64,000 nucleotides of DNA. Source: Sphyrna mokarran (lineage: Eukaryota). A program made the translations under genes and the position numbers. The stretch spans positions 47,802,001-47,866,000 of the forward strand of contig JAGIQG010000006.1 in the NCBI GenBank assembly GCA_024679065.1, read 5' to 3'. This document shows, piece after piece, positions 25,885 to 38,088 of the stretch (position 1 is the stretch's first letter; each line of letters opens with the position of its first letter). A model generated the notes under the pieces. That model made no database searches, was not told the DNA's origin, and saw only the letters and a list, made by a program, of their open reading frames with translations.

Positions 25885-27656
25885 AGAGAGTAAAAAGCTG
25901 ATGTTTCGAATCCAGATGACTCTTTGTCAAAGTTAAAAGACATAGAAAATGGGAGATATTTATACTGAAGAATGAGGGAATGAAAGATGAGTCACAGTCA
26001 CAAAAACTAGGAGAAAAGATTGCTAATGGCTGACCACAGAGAGAACAAGGGGTGTGAATGGCCTAACGGCAGAGAAGCTGTAAGCTGTGACTGACGAAGA
26101 TGTGGGGGAAGGGGGTGGAAAAAGATGGAACAAAGGTAAAATCTAGAAAAGCGGGAGCAAAGGGGGAGAAAAGGTAAGGGAAGAAAGATAACATGGGGGA
26201 AAAGTTGGGGGGGAAGAAAAATGAAGAAAGACAATGAAGAAATAAAAGGTAGAGAACAGTAAAAAAAATTAAATAAAATAGAATGAAAACAAAAGGGTTG
26301 AGATGGGGTAGAGCAAATCACCTGAAGCTGTTGAATTCGATGTTGAGACCGGAAGACTGTAAAGCGCCCAGCTGGAAGATAAAATTTCTTCAGTTTGCAT
26401 TGAACTTCACTGGAATATTGCAGCAAGCCAAGGACAGACATGTGGGCATGGAAGCAGGATCGTGTGTTAAAATGGCAAGCAACCAGAAGGTCAGAGTCCT
26501 GACTGCGCACAGACCGAAGGTGCTCAGCAAAGCGATCACTTGGTCTCTCCGATATAGATGAGACCACATTGGGAGCACGAATGAAATACACCAACTTGAA
26601 AGAGATTTAAGTGAAACGCTGCTTAACCTGTAATGAATGTTTTGGACCTTGGATGATAAGCACAGAAGAGAAAAAGGGACAGATGGTACACCTTCTGTGA
26701 TTGCATGGGAAATGCCTTGAGTGATGGGAGGAGTGGACTAGATTATCCCAGAAGGAGCGGTCACTGTGGAATGCTGGCAGAGGGAATGAAAGGAAGATGT
26801 GGTTGGCGGTGACATCATGTTGGAGTGGGCAAAAATGGTGGAGGATTATGAGACTAGTGAGGTGAAATGTAAGAACAAGGAGGACTCTATCCTTGTTCTG
26901 GGTGGGTGGGGAGGTTGTGAGAGGGTCGTGGTGTGGGAAATGGACTGCACGTTATTGAGGGCCCTGTCGACAACTGTGGATGGGAATTCATGGTCAAGAG
27001 AAAAAGAGCATATATTAAAGGAGCATCCTTTGGAAAGTGGCATCGTCGGAACAAATACGACGGAGCTGAGAGAAACAGATGGAGTTCTTACAGGATGTAG
27101 GGTGTGAAGAGCTGTAGTCCAGATAGGTATGGGAGTCAATGGGCTTGTAATGGATATTGGTATATAGTCCATTGCTGGAAAAAGAGATAGGAAGGTCAAG
27201 GAAGGGAAGGAAAGTGTCTAAGATGGACCAGGTGGAGGTGATGACAGGGTGGAAACTGGAAGTGAAGTTGATGAATTTTTCGAGGTCTGGACAAAAGCAT
27301 GAAGCGGCACCAAAACAGTCATTTATGTAACAGTAAAGGAGTGTGGGAGGGGACCTGAGTCAGCCGGGAACAAGGAATGTTTCACATACCCTCTAAAAAG
27401 ACAAGCGTAGCTAGACCCATGTGGATGTCCACAGCTACTCCTTTGATTCGGAGAAAGTGGGTACAGTTAAAAGGGAAATTGTTGAGAGATAGAACAAGTT
27501 CAGCCAGGCAGAGGAGAGTGGTGGTGGATGGGAATTGTTCAGGCCTCTTTTCAAAAAAGAAGCAAAAAGCTCTCAGGCTACCCTGGTGTGGGATGGAGGT
27601 GTAGATAGATTGCACATCCACAGTGAACAGGAGGCGATTAGGACTTGCAAACTGGA
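25885..27656 (-). mobile_element. Penelope-like retroelement (RT + GIY-YIG endonuclease), left arm of a fold-back insertion
   Basis: RT LLFTVDVQSIYTSIPHQ, LAELVLSLNNFPFN..FLRIKGVA; GIY-YIG region VYFIR...DRFAEHLRSVRSQDSDLLVACHFN; decayed hammerhead at 25897-25935. Confidence 0.92.
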
Positions 27657-28295
27657 TGCTGGCTGAACTTGTTCTATCTCTCAACAACTTTCCCTTTAAC
27701 TTATCCCACTTTCTCCAAATCAAAAGAGTAGCAATGTGCACCCACATGGGTCTAGCTACGCTTATCTTTTTGTGGGGTATGTGGAACATGCTTTGTTCCA
27801 AGCCTACCCAAGTCCCTTCCCACAACTCCTTTCCCGGTATATCGATTACTATTTTGGTACCGCTTCATGCTCTCATCCAGACTTCGAAAAATTCATCAAC
27901 TTCACTTCCAGTTTCCACCCCTCCATCACCTGGCTCATTCAGACATTTCTCTTCTCTTCCTTGACATTTCTGTCTCCATTTCCAGCAATAGGCTATCTAC
28001 CAATATCCATTACAAGCCCACTAACTCCCACAGCTATCTGGACTACAGCGCTTTATGCTACCTTCCGGGTAGGCACTTTACAGCCTTCCAGTTTCAACAT
28101 CAAATTCAACAACTTCAGATGATTTGCTCTAACCCATTTCAACCCTTTTGTTTTCATTCTATTTTATTTAATATTTATTGTTCTCTACCTTTTATTTCTT
28201 TATTGTCTTTCTTTTTTTCCCTACCCCATTCTTTCCCTTTACATTATTCCCCTTTTGGTTTCAGATTCCAGCATCTGCAGTAATTTGCTTTTATC
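27657..28295 (+). mobile_element. Penelope-like retroelement, right arm (internally deleted) with true 3' tail
   Basis: LAELVLSLNNFPFNLSHFLQIKRVAM, RYIDY (RT YxDD site), STNIHYKPTNSHSYLDY, then jumps to the EN end; tail tttcagattccagcatctgcagtaatttgctttt. Confidence 0.92.
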
Positions 28296-29141
28296 CGTGG
28301 TTAGAAAGACTCCAATTATGTTGAATGCTGGGGGTCACAATGAAATAAACAACACTATCTGGGTTCATCTCAAATTGTCTGGTCAAGAACATTTGATATG
28401 GTTGTGCACAAATCTTTCTCTATCTTTATAGAAGGGTCTTACTTGATACATGCAAACAATTCAGACCTTCATCAGTGTTACGAGGCTATGTTTCTCTATT
28501 TTTGAAAACATGATTTTTCAATTTTCAACTGATTGGAAATTTTGCAATTTGAACTGAGCAAACTGCTTAAAATGCAAGGCCACATTCAAAGGTGAAAGTA
28601 AAAAAGCAACAAATCATTCTCAAGAGAATGTGAAGAGAGAGATTTCCTACAACCCAGACACCCATCAAAACTTCTAACTCTAAGCAAGAGATATTATATA
28701 TGCAAAGTACTGGATATTGAAACAATGGCTACTGTAGACAGGCATATCCAGAACCTCTTGGATGAAATATTTCAAAGAAAACCTAAGAAAGAGAAATTGT
28801 AAGTGATACAGGCAGTATCCAGAAAGAAGCTGAGGGCTGCTCTAGCCCTTTCTCTCTTTCAGAAAAGGCATGTCACTGTTTTCCTAAGCTAAGTCTACCA
28901 GAAACCTACCAGTGAACCAAGATCTCATAATAATTGCAGCATGTTCTACATCCGACCGCATCCAAAAAACCAACTAACCTAAATCAGTCGCAACATTAAA
29001 AATCTACACCCCAAGAACATTTAACTGTATTTTCTGTTGTCTTTTTTTATTTGAATCTAACTCCCAATACATGTATGCCCCAATGATCACGTGAATGCCA
29101 AATGTTTGACGTTGCTTTTTTAATCATGTTATCATTGCACC

Positions 29142-32100
29142 ATGTTAGTGCATATTAGGGCAACCATATCCATAACAGACTTATCCTTGTGGACCACCCA
29201 CCAAACCGTATAATTAATAGAAGTAATTGGTAGAATTAAGACAGCCATATTAAGTGAGCATGTTACAACAGAGGTAGGGGGTTGGGAGGAATTGGTTCAA
29301 ATTTGGATATGTTCAACAGGAGAAGGAAGTCTTTTGCAAATGGATCTGTTAGAACAGTTGGGAGCTGTAATTGATGCTAAGGCAGGTACTATAATGTAGC
29401 GCAAGTCCTACAAGTGAAATCAGTGAGGTCAGAAACACAAGGGTACAATTTCTCAGATTAGCAATCTTTCAAATAAAGTGGGAGGATGCAATGGTGTGGG
29501 GAAAGTTGGCTTCATAGTAACCCTAAGTTTGGGCTGTGCATAAACAAGGTTGTAAGTACTTGGACTTTTTTCCAGTAATGAATCCCAGGGGAACTCACCC
29601 TCCCGTTAAGCAGTATCCTATTAAGCAGGAAGTGATGAAGCCGTTAAATTCATTATTACAGACTTACAAAAGCAACAGATTGTGACTAAAACCTCTTCTG
29701 AGACTAATTCACCAATTTGGCCAGTTGAAATGCTGTATGGCAGTTATCAACTGACAATCGATTACACAGCCTTACATCGCTACGTGACTTGAGAGCACCC
29801 AATTGTGGTTAATCCAGCTACTATACTGCATAATATTGCATCCAAACAGATGATAATCACAGTACTACACATAGCTAATGGATTTTGGTCGATCCCCATG
29901 GTGAAGAAGCACCACTATAAGTTTGCATTCACAGCAGTACACTTTGACGCGAATGCCACAGGGATTTCACAATAGTCCAGCCAAATTTCACAAATGTATG
30001 GCTCAAATAATTGATCTGTTAGAATGCGTAGGGGTGATTATCCTACAGTATGTAAATGACATTTTGAAAGCTCCAATAGTTCAGTATTGCACTGCCTAAC
30101 CCTTCTAGGGTACTTCAAGTGATTCAGGAAGCAGGGCTCAAATTGAACCTAAAAAAGGCTCAATTAGGATAGGAACATGTGACTTACTTGGGACATACCA
30201 TATCCCAGGATAAGGAAGAGATTCCTGCAGATCAGAAGAAAGCCATGCATTGTGTGCAGATATCACATGCTGCAAAAGGAGTGAAAGTACTAGGACTTTT
30301 CAATTATTATAGAAATTTTGTAGAGGATTATGCTGCATTGGCAAAGCCATTAAGGAATTAATAAAGAGAGGAAGGACGAGCAAGGAGTAGGTAGAATAGA
30401 TAGAGACAGAAGCATAAGAGTTCTCAGATCTAAAACAAGCTATGGCGAAAGCCTCGGCCTTGGGATTCCCAGATCTCACAAAACCTTTCCACATTTTCTG
30501 TCAAGAAAATGATGGGATCCAAGAAACTGTAGTGATTCAGTGTCAAGGCGATAAATTAAGACCGGCGGGGTACTACACTGCCCAATTAGATTCAGTTACT
30601 AGAGGTATGCATCAAAGTGTGAGACCATTAGCACGCACCTCATGGGCAGTAAGTTTTTCTGAGCCTCTTACTCTGATGGGAGAAATAATCTTCTATAGCC
30701 CCCACACAATTGTCCAGCTGGGAGACTGAAAGGAGTTTCCAATGAAACATTCAAAATGGGAAGTAAACCTCTTGCCAAGAGACTGGTATATAGAAATTAG
30801 CAGAGATGTGAGGGAAAAGCGTCAGTAGGAGGACTGACGGTGCAAGGAACGGAACATGAATGTGTTTTGAAATAAATGAGCAAGTAAGTAAATGTTTAGC
30901 AGAAGAGCCACTTGTAGGAGAAGGAACAGGTAGAATGGATAGAGACAGAAGCATAAGAGTTTTCACCACAGCTTATTTTAAATCTGAGAATCTTACGTTT
31001 CTATTTCTATCCATTCTACCTGTTTCGCTTGCCCTTCCTCTCTTTTTTAATTCCTTAAGGGCTTCACCAATGCAGCATAATCCTCTACAAAATTTCTATA
31101 ATAATTGAAAAATCCAAGTACTTTCACTCCTTTTACAGCCATTTGTAGGAAAAGGAGAATCTGTACGTAGACAGAGCGAGAAAATATGTTATTGGAGAAT
31201 CGCACGCTGCATGGGTAGTGGTAAATGACAAGAGAACAGTGACTGCAGGAGAACAAATCCCTCGGAATAATTCAGCTCAAGTAGCAGAGTTGCTGGCTTT
31301 AACTGAAGCTTTAGAATGGAGCGAAGGGGAGCGAGTTGATGTTTATACCGACAACAGGCATGCACGATAATATGGCAGCATGGGTAGGCAAGGTTTTGTA
31401 ATTTCCAGTGGAGGACACATACAGCATGGAAATTTGATTACAGAGTTACTTCAAGCAACCCCGCAACTCCTTAGAAACAGCAGTAATAAAGGTTCAAACC
31501 AACAAAAAGGTTGAGAATCAGGCACAGAATGAAAACAGCTTAGCTGATAAAGATGTGAAGGCCTTAGTAAAACAAGATAGCATATGCATACAGACTACAG
31601 GAATAGCAGCTGTGTCAGTCAAAACAGCTCAGATATTGATGGGAAACAAGTACAGCAACAAGGAACTGAAGAGGAAAAGGAAATGTGGAAGAAAGATGGA
31701 GGACAGAAAGATCATGATGGAGTATGGAGAAGGGAAGGGAAAATAATAACCCTGAGTGATACAGCATTTGCTGTTGAAATTATATCATGGACTAGAACAT
31801 ACAAGCAGAGACCACATATTTAATTTATTAAGAGACAGTTGGTGATGGAAGCAGGTGAGGAGAAATGTGATGAAGTTTTGTCAGAGATACTTGCAATACA
31901 CTCTAGTGGAACCAGGTTGTCCTTGCAGGATTAAAATGGGAAGACAGCCATAGCCCAAAGAACCATGGGAAAATTTACAAATGGATTTCACAATGCCATG
32001 AATCCAAGGAAAGATGTATTGTTTGGTAATTGTAGATCAGTTTATCTGATGAGTTGAAGCATTTCAATGCAAAGATGTCACAGCCAAAACTGTGGCTGTG

Positions 32101-33930
32101 ATATTACAAATGAGATAATACCTAGGTGGAGAATACCTCTTCAGTTAGATTCTGATCTGGGAACCCACTTCTTTGATTTGATTTGATTTATTATTGTCAC
32201 ATGTATTAACATATAGTGAAAAGTATTGTTTCTTGCACATTATACAGACAAAACATACTGTTTATAGAGAAGGAAACGAGACAGTGCAGAATGTAGTGTT
32301 ACAGTCATAGCTAGGCTGTAGCAAAAGATCAACTTAATGCAAGGTAAGTCCACTCAAAAGTCTGACAGCAGCAGGGAAGAAGCTGTTCTTGAGGCAGCTG
32401 ATACATGACGTGACTTTTGTATCTTTCTCCTGAAGGAAGAAGGTGGAAGAGAGGATGTCCAGGGTGCCTTTCGTTATGCTGGCTGCTTTGCCGAGGCAGC
32501 GGGAAGTATAGACAGACTCAATGGATGGGAGGCTGGTTTGCGTGATGGATTGGACTACATCCAGGACCTGTTGTAATTTCTTGCAGTCTTGGGAAGAGCA
32601 GGAGCCATACCAAGCTGTGATTCAACCAGGAAGAATGCTTTCTATGGTGCATCTGTAAAAGTTGGTGAGAGGTGTAGCTGACATGCCAAATTTTCTTCGT
32701 TTTCTGAGGAAGTGGAAGCATTGGTGGGCTTTCTTAACTATCGTATCAGCATGGGGAGATCAGGACAGGTTGTTGGTGATCTGGACACTTAAAAAGTTGA
32801 AATTCTCGACCCTTTCTACATTGTCCCCATTGATGTAGACAGGAGCATGTTCTCCTTCACGCTTCTTGAAGTTGATGACAATCTCCTTTGTTTTGTTGAC
32901 ATTGAGGGAGAGATTATTGTTGCTGTACCAGTTCACCAGTTTCCCTATCTCATTCCTGTACTCTGTCTCATCATTGTTTGAGATCTGACTTGAAAATCGA
33001 ATTGGAGGGGAATTTGGCCACACAGTCATAGTTATATAAGGAGTATAGTTGGGGGCTGAGAACACAGCCTTGTGGGGCACAGGTATTGAGAATGGTTGTG
33101 GAGGAAGAGGTGTTGTCTAATCTTACAGATTGTGGGCCACAGAGTTTGGAGATGAGTTTTGTGGGAAAAATAATGTTGAAGGTTCAGCTGTAGTCAAGAA
33201 ATAGCAGTCTGACATAGATGTTCTTGTTATCTAGGTGTTTCAGGGTTGAGTGTAGGGTCAGGGAAATGGTGTCTGCTGTGGAACTGTTGCAGTGATAGGC
33301 AAACTGTAGTGGTCCAAGTAGTCCAGGAGGCTGGAATTGAGTTTTAAAAGAAGTCTGTTGAATGTTAGAAATAAAGCAAAGATTTCATATACCATATCAT
33401 CTTCAGTGTCAGGAATGGTGAAACGAATGAACCAAACATTGAAGAACAGTTTAGCTAAAGTTATTTTAGAAGAAGTAAACAATTAGGTGTGGGCCTTGTC
33501 TGCAATATTGCTGCGACAAAGGGCTACTCCTGCCCAAGTAACAGGAATAACCCGTTTTGAGTTGATGACAGGAAGAGCAATGCAACTCCCAGAGGATGAA
33601 GTAACAGGGGGAGGAGAAGTTGAAGTAAGCCAGAGAGCACTATTTCAATGATGAAGGATTTAATTGACAGTCTGCATTTTCTCAAAAAGCAGGTAATCAC
33701 CTAGCATTCGCACAGAGATTGGACTAAACTGGCCAGGGGAATACTCCTAAATTGCCTACACCAGGAGACAAGGTAATGATGAACTTTGTGACAGACAAAA
33801 AAGAATTAGAAATTTGTTGGGAAAGGCCTTTTGATGTGGTGGTCTCAGGACAAACATGTGCTCTGATAAACGAGAAGTATGGTCTGCGATGGCAGCACTG
33901 GACTCAGTTAAAATCATGTCCGAATGAATA
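29142..33930 (+). pseudogene. pol: Endogenous retrovirus pro-pol (protease, RT, RNase H, integrase), multiply disrupted
   Basis: PR LVHIRATIS (decayed LVDTGATIS) and LLQMDLL; RT KQYPI, NSPIWPV, LTIDY, IANGFWSIP, RMPQGFHNSP, LQYVND; RNase H LYVD, NSAQVAELLALTEAL, VYTDN; IN PWENLQMDF, SDLGTHF, FHIPYH..GMVKRMNQTLK. Confidence 0.93.
32172..33340 (-). mobile_element. Rex1/Babar-type LINE inserted into the ERV integrase
   Basis: DETEYRNEIGKLVNWYSNNNLSLNVNKTKEIVINFKK..VERVENFNFLSVQITNNLS; 3' tail aataataaa(tcaaa)n on the minus strand; integrase frame resumes on both sides. Confidence 0.88.
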
Positions 33931-33999
33931 ATCCTAGAAGTTTATATTTAAAGCAATGATAATTCAGTTAATTTGGTTTTGCAGTTAATTTACTCAATT

Positions 34000-35778
34000 A
34001 GGCTAGATTATGGCATGAGAGTAATAGAGGGTAGTAGAAGAGGGGAAGTATGACAACTCAATTTATAAGTTACTAGCTTTAAGGCTGGAAGGCACTTTTC
34101 ATATATATTTACAGAGTATCATCTGCTGTAATGAAGATTCTTGAACCTCTACCGTACAATCAAGATTGATTAAACTCCACCCAACATAAAGGTCAAGTCA
34201 AGAGCGTGAAACAGAGTGTAACGTGATTTTGCATGGGTCTGTAAATGAGTTTTATTTACTTGACACTGACTGATGATTCGGATTTGTTTTCTTTAAGAAA
34301 AAGAGAAAAGCTGTAAAAACTGTATTAATGAATGTGTGTTTATATCTTTTTAGTATTAAATGTACAAACTTCGACTCAGGTAGGAGCTTCAACATTCCCT
34401 CAGAAGGTACATGTGAATACTTACTTATATATGGCACACATATACGCTAGAAGTCCAAACAGTCAAAGTGTTGGGTATGTTCATACAGCCCCATTCATGC
34501 AGGAGGAGGGAAGTCTCAACAATCATCACCTCTGACATGGTCAGAATTGATAATGGCAGATCAAACAGCTCAAGGTCTCAAATATCCTGGACACTACATA
34601 CCAAGATTTTCTAGTTTAGAGGCAAGGGAGGAGTTCCACAACAGTTTGTCTTGTGCAGGAGGACAGGCTATATGAAAGCGTTATCTATAACTTAAAAAGA
34701 TCAGCTCCTAGTTTAGCTTTAAAACAGCCAACATCAAAACCAAAAGGAATTTATCGTACAGAGAATATGGAAAAAAACTAAGGCACAAGTGAATATGATT
34801 ACGAGTTAGCCCAAGAAATGTGCTATGCCTGAGTCTATCCAGTCATTACCAGTCTTGCAATATTTCTGCTTATTTTAATGGAGGCAACAATTCTCCTACT
34901 CCCAATGGAACTTATTGGATTTGCAGGGATAGAGCATTTGCTTGGCTCCTTTTTTGATCGAGGGGTTTATGTTACCTTGGATATGTAATCCCATACATGT
35001 ATCACACTTCTAAACTCCCTCTCGTGCCAAGGCAACAAGCTATTACAGAGACAGAATGGTTCTTTGGTACAAAGTCAATATGAGATAGTGGCAGCACGAG
35101 TGTTAGACTGCTGCCTCATAGCGCCTTCTGGCCTTGGGTCACTGTGTGGAGTTTGCACATTCTCCCCATGTCTGCATGGGTTTCCTCCAGGTGCTCTGGT
35201 TTCCTCCCATAGTCCAAAACTGTGCTGGTTAGGTTGATGGTCAATGCTAAATTGTAAGGGGGATTAGCAGGGTAAATATGAGGTGCTACGGGAATAGGGC
35301 CCAGTGGGATTGTGGTTGGTGCAAGTGTGATGGCCAAATGGCCACATCCCCTACTGTAATGACTCTCTGTGCACTGTGGTATTTCAACACAGATTGGTAT
35401 CGGATTATGTCTTGGCAGGAAGGGGTGGGACATATGCAGTAATTGGATCAGAATGTTGCACGTACTTACCAGATAGTTCAGAAAACATAGCCCTAATCTG
35501 GTTTAACATATCCAAAAAGAGGTGGAAAAACTCAAAGATCCCTAAACATTTACCTTAGGTGGGTGGCTCTCAGGCTGGCTAGGTTTTTGGGAACATCAAT
35601 CCTGAAAGGGATTGAGTTATTTTTCTTTATAATCCTGGCATTGATAGTAATTGTAAACTTGAGACTTGCTAAGTCCACAGAAGGTACAGCAGCAATAATG
35701 GCAATCAGAGCAAAGAAAAGGGACACCAGAGGTCAGGTAATCCTTCTGGAGTTAAGAACGTTTATTGGGATACATTAG
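34000..35778 (+). pseudogene. env: ERV env remnant with gamma-type TM
   Basis: SU C-terminus PNGTYWICRDRAFAWL..GLCYLGYVIP, decayed furin site RQQ/AITETEWFF, immunosuppressive-domain/CX6CC region VFQHRLVSDYVLAGRGGTYAVIGSECCTYLPD (first Cys now Tyr), TM helix LFFFIILALIVIV; 5' boundary approximate. Confidence 0.85.
35088..35370 (+). mobile_element. V-SINE inserted in env
   Basis: ctgtgtggagtttgcacattctccccatgtctgcatgggtttcctccaggtgctctggtttcctcccatagtcc. Confidence 0.9.
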
Positions 35779-35827
35779 TCAGTGGCCTAATCTTGGACTT
35801 GCCAAGGGCCAGAAAAGTGGGGGGTGC

Positions 35828-36486
35828 TGTAGCAGGAGATACCGAAACCCCTGCTTTGCGGCTATTAAAACAACGTAGATTAGTTTAAAATAAGGACCAC
35901 AGTGTGCCTTATAGATATTAAACGTATTACAATCTGCCTCACTTAAATGATATACGGCGAGAGTGTCTGTATAAGCATATAAATTATCATTTTTGAACAA
36001 GTATTATAGATTTAAACTATATTTTTGCATTTTCTGTGACCTTTGGCCAACAAACAATTTACCTCTTGGAAATAGGTTTAATTAGATAGACTGCATTTTT
36101 TTGGAACAAAGAAGTACAGAGCATATATCCTATTATCAGGGCAGGCAAGGGCATTACCAGGATTTACCAGTCATTACCATGGTTTTGGAAATGAATACAA
36201 GGTTTCAGCTTCTAGCTGTAATGAATAGCTGTGATGTAGCCTCTACTGATAAGGGGGGCAGTAAAACAGACAGGGAAGATGACTCCCTTATTGTTCCCAG
36301 CATTGCAGGTATTAGAAACGATTGAGACCTACTGGATTTGCATAGATGAAGTTACCAGGCAACAGGGGAAAAGAGTCTATGAGTTCAGTTGAGCAGTGAA
36401 TTCCTAATTCTGCTAGAAAATAAAGTGCTGTTGGCTGAAGTAAATAAAGTGTGTTAATGTAATTGGACCATCCAATTTGGATGACA
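35828..36486 (+). mobile_element. Putative ERV 3' LTR
   Basis: Follows PPT agaaaagtgggggg (35811-35824), begins TGT, has AATAAA at 36419 and 36443, candidate end ...atgaCA; no 5' LTR in the window to confirm the ends. Confidence 0.55.
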
Positions 36487-37107
36487 GTACGGTCGATAAA
36501 ATCAAATTTTCAGAAATGTTTAACTGTTGTGTTCATGTGGCGTAACATCAGAGAGAAGGTGGAATCCTCTGACCATCTCTCTCCCAATATATGCTGGTCA
36601 AATAGAATGTCTTTAACCGCACAGTGTCTTTCACTAGTCTTTGTGTTGCTGAGATCAGCTAAATACAAGACGCCAGTGGGATACTCTGAGAAATTCACCT
36701 TACATGGGAAGTTGAAACAATGCTTCTACTGTCTGAACAGCTCTAAAGGCACCCTGCAATACTCTCCAGATTGTGTATCACGTGCCCTCAGTCTGTTGCA
36801 TCTTGCACCACTGTAGCATTGTACAGCTCTTGGAAGACTCAGATTTGGATTGCAGTATCTCAGCAAATGCTGTTGCAGCATAGGCTATTTAGCTGACAAA
36901 ACAGAAGTGTATTGGTTCTATGTAGTGGTAGAAGGATATTTGCTGCTATTCTGAGACAAGACTGCTCTGTGGAATTTTTGTCACTCCCAAGGAATGTCCA
37001 AGAGGAAGATTTGATGGAATGCTGTGAAACTCTGCAAGGCCCTTTGTGCATGGTACCTGTGGCTACGGTGTCAGCAGTCTCTACCTGCATATTATTATGT
37101 TAGCCAT

Positions 37108-37596
37108 GAGGTGGAGATGCTGATGTTGGATTGGGGTAAACACAGTAAGAAGTCTCACAACATCAGGTTAAAGTCCAACAGGTTTACTTGGAAGCAAAGG
37201 CCACTAACATGCTCCTTCATCACTTGAGTGGGAGTTCTGTTCACGAACAGAGCATATAAAGACACAAACTCAATTTACAAAATAATGGTTGGAACTCAAG
37301 TCTTTACAGGTAATCAAGTCTTAAAGATACAGACAATGTGAATGGAGAGAGGGTTAAGCATAGGTTAAAGAGATGTGTATTAAGTCCAGCCATGACTTGC
37401 CTGGACTTGCCTGGACTTGCAAAATCTCAATAACTGTCCTGTTATTTTGTAAATCGAGTTTGTTTTACATGCCCTGTTTGTGAACAGAACTCCCACTTAC
37501 CTGATGAAGGAGCAGCGTTCCGAAAGCTAGCTGCTTTTGCTACCAAATATAAACCCATTGGTCTTTAACCTGGTGTTGTGAGACTTCTTACTGTGC
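37108..37596. mobile_element. Palindromic Penelope-derived short element
   Basis: Arms about 37141-37288 and 37442-37595 are inverted copies; starts with family terminus gaggtggagatgctgatgttggattggggtaaacacagtaagaagtctcacaac. Confidence 0.85.
37497..37533 (+). ncRNA. Minimal type-I hammerhead ribozyme motif
   Basis: CTGATGA-A-GGAGC-agc-GTTCC-GAAA-GCTA: both core boxes, 5-bp stem II and a palindromic AGCT in place of stem III. Confidence 0.7.
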
Positions 37597-37719
37597 ATGC
37601 TATTACTTAGGGATTGGGTGAATTCTGCCAGGGCAAAGATGAAAGCTGAGCCATCTGCTATCTGGCTCTGCACCTTGGTTGGGTCCACAAACGTGATAAC
37701 GGAGATGACCATCACCTCC

Positions 37720-38088
37720 ATGATGGAAAACTCTGCACAAAGGAATATGCAACATTGGTACACTTTATATTAAAAAACAAAAACTTTTCAAAGAAGAAAT
37801 TCAAAAGGTGCTCATTTCAAAAGTTAAGAGGATTATTAGATTAAAAGAGGCTTACAATGTGAAGAATAACAGTAAATCTGAAGATTGGGAGATTGAGAAA
37901 CAAGCAGAAAGTTACAAAAATATATAGACAATATGCGTAAATTAGGCAGGAATATAAGAACAGATTTTAGGAGCTTCTGGAAGTATATAAAAAGAAGAAC
38001 ATTTAAAGTAAGCATTGGTCAGAGAGGCAGAGAGAGAAGAAACTATCACAGGGAATAAGGAAATGGCAAAGATGTTGAACAAGTATCT
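37720..38088 (+). mobile_element. CR1 ORF2 middle fragment
   Basis: SFWKYIKRR...GNKEMAKMLNKYL-type sequence. Confidence 0.7.

Noticed and set aside
28300-29140. Possible ERV 5' LTR or gag
   Set aside because: No similarity to the putative 3' LTR, and no PBS or capsid/zinc-knuckle motif seen; may be an unrelated LTR fragment
35376-35778. Co-opted syncytin-like env
   Set aside because: Frame is broken by stops, a deletion and a SINE insertion, and the first Cys of CX6CC is mutated
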